Assembly: GCA_963772365.1 (NCBI GenBank)
Contig: CAVYXA010000001.1
Coordinates: forward strand, 1,733,267 to 1,797,266
Source of the DNA: an uncultured Verrucomicrobiae bacterium
Lineage (GTDB): Bacteria > Verrucomicrobiota > Verrucomicrobiia > Chthoniobacterales > UBA10450
DNA length: 64,000 nucleotides
Reading direction: 5' to 3'
Shown: piece by piece, positions 58,126 through 64,000 of the stretch
Numbering within the stretch: the stretch's first letter is position 1
How the letters are laid out: each line of letters starts with the position of its first letter
Notes under the pieces: model-generated
Seen by the model: only the letters and a program-made list of their open reading frames with translations
Database searches by the model: none
What the model was told of the DNA's origin: nothing
Program-made: the position numbers and the translations under genes

Positions 58126-59835
58126 CTATTCGAGCTTCCTCGGCGGTGGACCGTCATAGCCGTGATTGACCGGATCGATCCTGCGCATCGGTCTCTCGCG
58201 AGTTTGCTCTTCGATCACGTGCGCCACCAGTCCCGGCGCGCGCGCGATCATGAAAATGCCATTGAACGCCGCCGGGTTCATTCCCAAATCTGCCAGGATT
58301 GCGCCGATCGCGCCGTCGACATTGATCGGAAGCGCCTTCTTCGAATCGGCGAATGATTTCTCCACCGCTCGCGCCACCTGCATGTGCGAACCATCAACGC
58401 CGGCTTCGCGCGCCAGCTCGAACAATCGCGCTGTGCGCGGGTCCTTCGTGTGAACCCGATGGCCAAACCCCGACATCCGCTCGCCTGCTTCCCTCATCGT
58501 CGCGAGCGTAAGCGCGGCGGCTTTATCGATGGAAATCGATTCATCTTTCGCGCGATCAGCGATCTTCTTCAATTGCTGGGCGCAATCCTCGATCGCACCG
58601 CCGTGATGTCGATTGATCGACATGATGCCGGCTGCGACTGACGCGCTCAACGACGCGCCCGTTGAAGCAACCGTTCGCGCTGCCAATGCGCTCGGAGGCG
58701 TCGCGCCATGGTCGATCGATGATACCAAGATTGCGTCCATCAACCGGCCTACGGCGGGTGTTGGCATTTCACCGGTCAAAATCAAATAGACGGCGGCACC
58801 AAAAGAAACACGTCCCATCAGTTCGGCAATGTTGTATCCGCGAACGGCCACCCGGTTCGGCTCGATTCGCGTGATCGCCGTGTTCCAAACCGCGTTCTTG
58901 TCAGCTTCGCTCATGAGGCTTTCTCCATTCGTGCGCTTCAAAATTTCGACGACGGCGCCAGGCAACTCGCCAAATGAATCCACCACTGTCGCCCCGGCTT
59001 CTCGCAACGCTTTCACTTTGCCGGCATGCGTGCCGCGGCCGCCTTCAATGATTGCTCCCGCGTGGCTAAATCGCGTGCCTTCGCGGGCCGCCTTTCCTCC
59101 GATGTAAGCGATCAGCGGCTTCGTCACCTTTCGATCGCGAATCATCTGAGCCAGCTCCTCTTCCTGTGACGAACCGATTTCGCCAAAAATCACAATCGCT
59201 TCTGTGAGCGGATCGGCTTCAAACATCAACGCCGCGTCGGGAATACGAATCCCAAGAACCGCGTCGCCACCGATATGAGCGATCGTGGAAATGCGCACGC
59301 CAGCTTGTCCCAGATAATAACCGGTGCTCGAAGCCATGCCGCCGGACCGGCTGATTACTCCGACACCTTTCGGAATTCCGGGCTTGAACCATTGTCGCGC
59401 GCTTTCCGCCCGTCCGCCGATCATTCCGACAACAGCTTTGCCCGGACTCAATACACCGAGCGTGTTAGGACCCAGAAACGTCGCGCCATTCGCTTTCGCC
59501 GCCGCCGCAATTTCCATGGCGTCCCACACCGGCACACGATCCGGCACCAGCACGGTGAGTTTGATCCCGGCGTTGATTGCGGCGATGGCCGCCTCTTTGA
59601 CACCGGCCGCGGGCACGAAAAGCACAGAGATGTCGATCCTACCCAATGCTTTTACTGCGTCTTGCGGAGTATCGAACACAGGAATGCCGAGCACAGTTTG
59701 CCCTGCTTTGCCCGGTGTCACTCCCGCGACCACATTGGTTCCGTAATCGCGCATCAATCGAGTCCGCGCGCGTCCTTCGCGTCCGGTGATCCCTTGCACC
59801 AGCACGCGCTTTTTCTCGTCGATCAAAATCGCCAT
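58126..59835 (-). CDS. SucD-like CoA-ligase alpha domain fused to a citryl-CoA-lyase domain (ATP-citrate lyase alpha-like)
   Basis: QGITG, GPNTLG, SRSGG, GEIG, FSHAGA (phospho-His), then DHG, HGGAIE, GFGHRVH, NVDG. Confidence 0.85.
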   Translation of the reverse strand: MAILIDEKKRVLVQGITGREGRARTRLMRDYGTNVVAGVTPGKAGQTVLGIPVFDTPQDAVKALGRIDISVLFVPAAGVKEAAIAAINAGIKLTVLVPDRVPVWDAMEIAAAAKANGATFLGPNTLGVLSPGKAVVGMIGGRAESARQWFKPGIPKGVGVISRSGGMASSTGYYLGQAGVRISTIAHIGGDAVLGIRIPDAALMFEADPLTEAIVIFGEIGSSQEEELAQMIRDRKVTKPLIAYIGGKAAREGTRFSHAGAIIEGGRGTHAGKVKALREAGATVVDSFGELPGAVVEILKRTNGESLMSEADKNAVWNTAITRIEPNRVAVRGYNIAELMGRVSFGAAVYLILTGEMPTPAVGRLMDAILVSSIDHGATPPSALAARTVASTGASLSASVAAGIMSINRHHGGAIEDCAQQLKKIADRAKDESISIDKAAALTLATMREAGERMSGFGHRVHTKDPRTARLFELAREAGVDGSHMQVARAVEKSFADSKKALPINVDGAIGAILADLGMNPAAFNGIFMIARAPGLVAHVIEEQTRERPMRRIDPVNHGYDGPPPRKLE

Positions 59836-59917
59836 GCGAGCTTGATGTTGATCGAATTCACCATTTTCGGCAAGCGAACCTTGCCGAAATTCCCCATCTG
59901 TTTCCAGTTCGGTATTC

Positions 59918-61240
59918 TTAGTGCGCGAACTTCTCTTGAATCAACCGGTTCAAGTGCGCAGCGACGGCATCTTGGTCAAGCCGTTCAATGACTTCGTTCA
60001 GAAATCCAGCGACGATGAGACGTTGGGCGAGTTTGGTTCGAATGCCGCGGCTGCGCAGATAAAACAGCTCGTCTTCGTCGACCTGTCCAGAGGTCGCGCC
60101 GTGCGTGCAGCGAACATTGTCGGCGAGGATTTCCAAACCCGGCATCGAATTCGCTTCGGCATCGTCGCTCAAAAGAAGATTTCGCACTTTTTGATAGGCA
60201 TCAGTGAAATGCGCGTGCGGCTCAACTCGGATCAGTCCGCCAAAAGTGCACCGCGCGCGATCATCCAGCGCGTTTTTGTAAAGAAGGTCGCTGGTGGTGT
60301 GAGGAGTCAGATGATCCTGCAATGTGCGGGCGTCGAACTCCTGTTCGGCTGTCGCGACGGCTACGGCCAGGAGATCACTCCGCGCGCCTTCCCCAACTAA
60401 ACGGCTCAAACTTTCAAACCGCGAATAACGTGACCCGAGGTTCAAATTGAGACTCATGGCCGAGCCATCGTGATCGACTGTCGTGGTGTTCATTTGCAGC
60501 GCACGGACATCGTCGCCCCAGTTTTGCGCACAAACATAGGTGATCTTGGCACCGGGCCCGGCGATGAGATCGTTTACGCCGCAAGCGAAACCGGCAGTCT
60601 TTTGATCACACGAGCGGAAATGCTCGATTACGGTGACCTTCGCCAGTTCGTCGGCCACGAGCAGCAGATGCGGGAATACCGAAACGTTCTCGCCGCGTAA
60701 CCAATGAAAGATCTCGATCGGCAATTCGATCTCGACGCCGCGCGGCACGAACAGGAATGTTCCGTTCGAGACGAGCGCTTTGTGTAGCGCCGCAAATTTG
60801 GCCGAGCCTAAAACTGCCGGCTGCGACATGAAATGCTTTCGGAAAAGATCAGCGTGGTCGACGAGCGCGCGCTCGAGCGGCTGGAAAATGACGCCGCGTT
60901 TTTTGAGCTGATCCGAAACAACATCGCGCTCGATCAATTGATCGCCGGCGAAAATCATCCGGCCGGCAACTTCATCCAGGCCGCGCGAATATTTGAGAAC
61001 GTTCGCGCGGTCGTCGTCCGACATCACGCCGCTGAACTTGAACGACGCTAAATCGAGAAGGTCAACGTTGGAAAAACGCCAGAGCTGATCTTTACGGGTT
61101 GGCGACGGTAGCGATTGGAATTGCTGCCACGCTTCGCCCTGTTGCTCGCCGAACCAATCGGGAAATTCGCGCGATTCGACAGGACCGGAGAGGATCGGTT
61201 GTGACTTGGTGGATTCGGAAACTGCGACTGATGACGACAT
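59918..61240 (-). CDS. sufD: Fe-S assembly protein SufD
   Basis: NLLLSD, PGLEI.AD.V.CTHGAT, LFYLRSRGI. Confidence 0.92.
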   Translation of the reverse strand: MSSSVAVSESTKSQPILSGPVESREFPDWFGEQQGEAWQQFQSLPSPTRKDQLWRFSNVDLLDLASFKFSGVMSDDDRANVLKYSRGLDEVAGRMIFAGDQLIERDVVSDQLKKRGVIFQPLERALVDHADLFRKHFMSQPAVLGSAKFAALHKALVSNGTFLFVPRGVEIELPIEIFHWLRGENVSVFPHLLLVADELAKVTVIEHFRSCDQKTAGFACGVNDLIAGPGAKITYVCAQNWGDDVRALQMNTTTVDHDGSAMSLNLNLGSRYSRFESLSRLVGEGARSDLLAVAVATAEQEFDARTLQDHLTPHTTSDLLYKNALDDRARCTFGGLIRVEPHAHFTDAYQKVRNLLLSDDAEANSMPGLEILADNVRCTHGATSGQVDEDELFYLRSRGIRTKLAQRLIVAGFLNEVIERLDQDAVAAHLNRLIQEKFAH

Positions 61241-61296
61241 TTGTTCCAGATAAGTGCGACAGTCATAGACCGCCGCTGCAGAAGATTTGCAGCGGA

Positions 61297-62706
61297 CTAG
61301 CCGACTGAGCCTTCCATCTCCAATTCGATCAGGCGTTTCAGCTCGACGCTGTATTCCATGGGGAATTGCCGGACGAGATCGTTGACGAAACCATTTACGC
61401 TCAAGCTCATGGCCTGCGCTTCGGTGAGGCCGCGCTGTTGCATGTAAAAGATCTGCTCGGCGCTGACCTGGCTGACGCTCGCTTCGTGCTGCACGGCGTT
61501 GCCCGTGCCACGCACGGTGATGGCCGGATAAGTGTCAGTGCGGCTCGAAGAATTGATGAGCAGCGCGTCGCACTCGGTATTGTTTTTGCAATTCTTGAGA
61601 TGCTTCGGCACGTGGACCAGACCGCGGTAGGTGGCGCGGCCCTTTCCGATCGAGATCGATTTCGAAATAATGTTCGAAGTCGTTTCATCAGCCGCGTGAA
61701 TCATCTTCGCGCCCGTGTCCTGATGCTGGCCGTCGTTAGCAAGCGCAATGGAAAGAACTTCGCCACGCGCTTTGCGACCTTTCATTACGACGCCCGGATA
61801 TTTCATGGTCAGACGGGAGCCGATGTTGCAATCGATCCACTTCACTTCGGCGTCCTCATGCGCGAGACCGCGTTTGGTTACGAGATTGAAAACGTTCGAC
61901 GACCAGTTTTGCACGGTGATGTATTGAATCTTCGCGCCTTTGAGTGCGACGAGTTCAACGACCGCACTGTGCAGCGTGGCGGTATTGAACTTCGGCGCGG
62001 TGCAGCCTTCCATGTAAGTGACTTCGCTGCCTTCATCGCAAATGATGAGCGTGCGCTCGAACTGCCCGAAATTCTCGGCGTTGATGCGGAAATAAGCCTG
62101 CAACGGATGCTTCACCTTCACGCCGGGCGGCACGTAGATGAAAGAGCCGCCACTAAAGACCGCGGAATTGAGCGCGGAAAATTTGTTGTCACCGATCGGA
62201 ATGACTTTGCCGAACCACTTCCGGAAAATTTCCTGATGGTTTTTCAATCCTTCAGTGGACCCGACAAAGATCACGCCTTGTTCGCCAACAGCTTTCTTGA
62301 TGTTTGAGTAAACTGCTTCGCTATCGAACTGCGCTTCGACGCCCGCGAGAAATTTCCGTTCCTGTTCTGGAATGCCGAGCCGTTCGAACGTGCGCTTCAC
62401 ATCTTCGGGCACATCTTCCCAGCTACGCTTTGGCTGCACGCCGCCGCTGAGGTAGTAGCGAATCTTCTCGAAATCGATCGTCTCAAGATCCTTGCTCGCC
62501 CAATGCGTTGGCATCGGTTTCTCAAGAAATGTCTTGTATCCTTTGAGTCGAAATTCGCGGACCCAATCGGGATCTTCCTTTATGTCCGAGATGTAGTGAA
62601 TCGTCTTTTCCGACAGACCAATCCCGGCGTCGTAAGCGTGCGTGACGTCGTAGGAAAAATCTCCAATGTTTCGGTTAATATCGACTGCTTTAGTTTCAGT
62701 TTTCAT
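61297..62706 (-). CDS. sufB: Fe-S assembly protein SufB
   Basis: [27 protein letters not shown], ends EMEGSVG. Confidence 0.96.
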   Translation of the reverse strand: MKTETKAVDINRNIGDFSYDVTHAYDAGIGLSEKTIHYISDIKEDPDWVREFRLKGYKTFLEKPMPTHWASKDLETIDFEKIRYYLSGGVQPKRSWEDVPEDVKRTFERLGIPEQERKFLAGVEAQFDSEAVYSNIKKAVGEQGVIFVGSTEGLKNHQEIFRKWFGKVIPIGDNKFSALNSAVFSGGSFIYVPPGVKVKHPLQAYFRINAENFGQFERTLIICDEGSEVTYMEGCTAPKFNTATLHSAVVELVALKGAKIQYITVQNWSSNVFNLVTKRGLAHEDAEVKWIDCNIGSRLTMKYPGVVMKGRKARGEVLSIALANDGQHQDTGAKMIHAADETTSNIISKSISIGKGRATYRGLVHVPKHLKNCKNNTECDALLINSSSRTDTYPAITVRGTGNAVQHEASVSQVSAEQIFYMQQRGLTEAQAMSLSVNGFVNDLVRQFPMEYSVELKRLIELEMEGSVG

Positions 62707-62714
62707 GTGGGTTT

Positions 62715-63479
62715 TCAGGTTGTCGCCATTTCGCGCTCATTCTCGCGCGCCCAATCGTAGCCGCGTTCTTCGAGTTCGAGCGCCAGTTCCTTGCGTCCGC
62801 TGCGCACGATGCGCCCTGCCACCATGACATGGACATGATCGGGCACGATGTAGTTCAAAAGTCGCTGGTAATGCGTGATCAAAAGAATGCCGACATTCGG
62901 CCCTCTTAAAGAATTAACGCCGTGCGCGACGATCTTGAGCGCATCAATGTCAAGTCCGCTGTCCGTTTCGTCGAGAATGGCGTAGGTCGGTTCCAGCATG
63001 GCGAGCTGCAAAATCTCGGTGCGCTTCTTTTCGCCGCCGGAAAATCCTTCGTTGACCGAGCGCGAGGTGAATGATCGATCCATCCCGAGCAATTCCATTT
63101 TCTCGTACAGCTTCGCGTAATATTCAGTCGCTTCGAGCTCCTCGCCTTCCGGCGTTCGCGACTGCACCGCTGCGCGCAGAAAATTCGCGATCGTTACGCC
63201 CGGGATTTCACTCGGATATTGGAAGGCCAGAAAGAGCCCTTTGCGTGCGCGTTCGTCTGGCTCCAGCTCCAGAATGTTTTCACCGTCCATCAACACCTCG
63301 CCTTTCTTGACGTGATAATCCGGATGACCGGCCAGGACCTTGGCCAAAGTGCTCTTGCCCGACCCATTCGGCCCCATGATTGCGTGCACTTCCCCTCGTG
63401 GCACCGAAAGGGTGAGACCGCGCACGATCTCCTTGTCGGCGATTTCCACGTGTAAGTTCTTGATAGTCAATTCCCGCAT
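62715..63479 (-). CDS. sufC: Fe-S assembly ATPase SufC
   Basis: [28 protein letters not shown]. Confidence 0.96.
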   Translation of the reverse strand: MRELTIKNLHVEIADKEIVRGLTLSVPRGEVHAIMGPNGSGKSTLAKVLAGHPDYHVKKGEVLMDGENILELEPDERARKGLFLAFQYPSEIPGVTIANFLRAAVQSRTPEGEELEATEYYAKLYEKMELLGMDRSFTSRSVNEGFSGGEKKRTEILQLAMLEPTYAILDETDSGLDIDALKIVAHGVNSLRGPNVGILLITHYQRLLNYIVPDHVHVMVAGRIVRSGRKELALELEERGYDWARENEREMATT

Positions 63480-63883
63480 ATTTTCAGACAGAAAATATAC
63501 TCAGATTCGCCGCTTTGGCGAACCGGCGCATCGCCTTTGATGTTCCTGCCGGCCTGCCGCAGATGACGTCCATAGTCGACGAGCCAATCGAGAAACTGCC
63601 AAGCCGTGAAGATATTCTCTTCATTCGTGACGCTTCACCGTCGATGAAAGCCCAATCGGCATCGTCGGGTCAGCGGGTAGCCCGACTTCTCAGCCAACTT
63701 CAAAAGCACTTCGTGCGATTGCGCGGAGTCCCCTGAGCGGAACGAATATATTTGTAGCTGCTTCCCTGCGTGGCGATCGCGTCGGAGCGAATCCCATAAC
63801 AGCATCAGTTTTAATTGCGCCAGGCTGGGGGTTTGGCGCGCGGATGTCACACGCCAAACCCCGTAGACGATCAGAGGTCGAAT

Positions 63884-64000
63884 CTATTGAAACCGCGTTC
63901 CAGTCGCCCTGCCGCAAAAGCTGCCGATCAGATTCCCGTTAGCGTCGAAGATCTGGATCGTGGCGCTATAAGTGAAGCTGTTGGCGCTGGTGAGATGGAC
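63884..64000 (-). CDS. 3' end of a gene entering from the right edge (beta-rich protein)
   Basis: Manual translation VHLTSANSFTYSATIQIFDANGNLIGSFCGRATGTRFQ*. Confidence 0.5.
   Translation of the reverse strand, partial: VHLTSANSFTYSATIQIFDANGNLIGSFCGRATGTRFQ

Noticed and set aside
63500..63850. Protein-like fragments on the minus strand upstream of sufC
   Set aside because: Several frames and no recognisable family; I cannot support a gene or pseudogene call
1..64000. tRNA, rRNA, prophage or IS transposase
   Set aside because: No such signatures were recognised on either strand

Overview
A 64-kb bacterial chromosomal segment. Gene style, PEP-CTERM proteins, the TolB-N/TPR paralog family and the palindromic repeats suggest a soil Verrucomicrobiota of the Chthoniobacterales / Ca. 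Udaeobacter type (inference only). The housekeeping backbone includes otsA/otsB, panD, rpmB, a fused homoaconitase, a beta-decarboxylating dehydrogenase, prpD, an ALDH7-type dehydrogenase, lat, an acyl-CoA dehydrogenase, a fadJ-like gene, mgtE, pit, a SucD/citryl-CoA-lyase fusion and sufCBD. About 30 kb of accessory DNA (13.3-42.8 kb) interrupts it. Four signals stand out. (1) A head-to-tail array of 5 full and 2 truncated membrane-anchored TolB-N/TPR paralogs, with apparently shuffled N- and C-terminal modules and a fitAB-type TA module embedded in it. (2) An integrase-less, defence-like island punctuated by diverged copies of the dehydrogenase 3' end. It carries two vapBC pairs, an R-S-E ADP-ribosyltransferase, a frameshifted EVE-like/PD-(D/E)XK nuclease and a TPR-HExxH protein. 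(3) Several families of very small palindromic elements that insert in frame into genes and nest inside each other. (4) A dispersed gene set that may form a non-canonical homocitrate/alpha-aminoadipate lysine pathway. I found no rRNA, tRNA, CRISPR array, integrase or transposase. All calls come from motif recognition by eye; no database searches were run.
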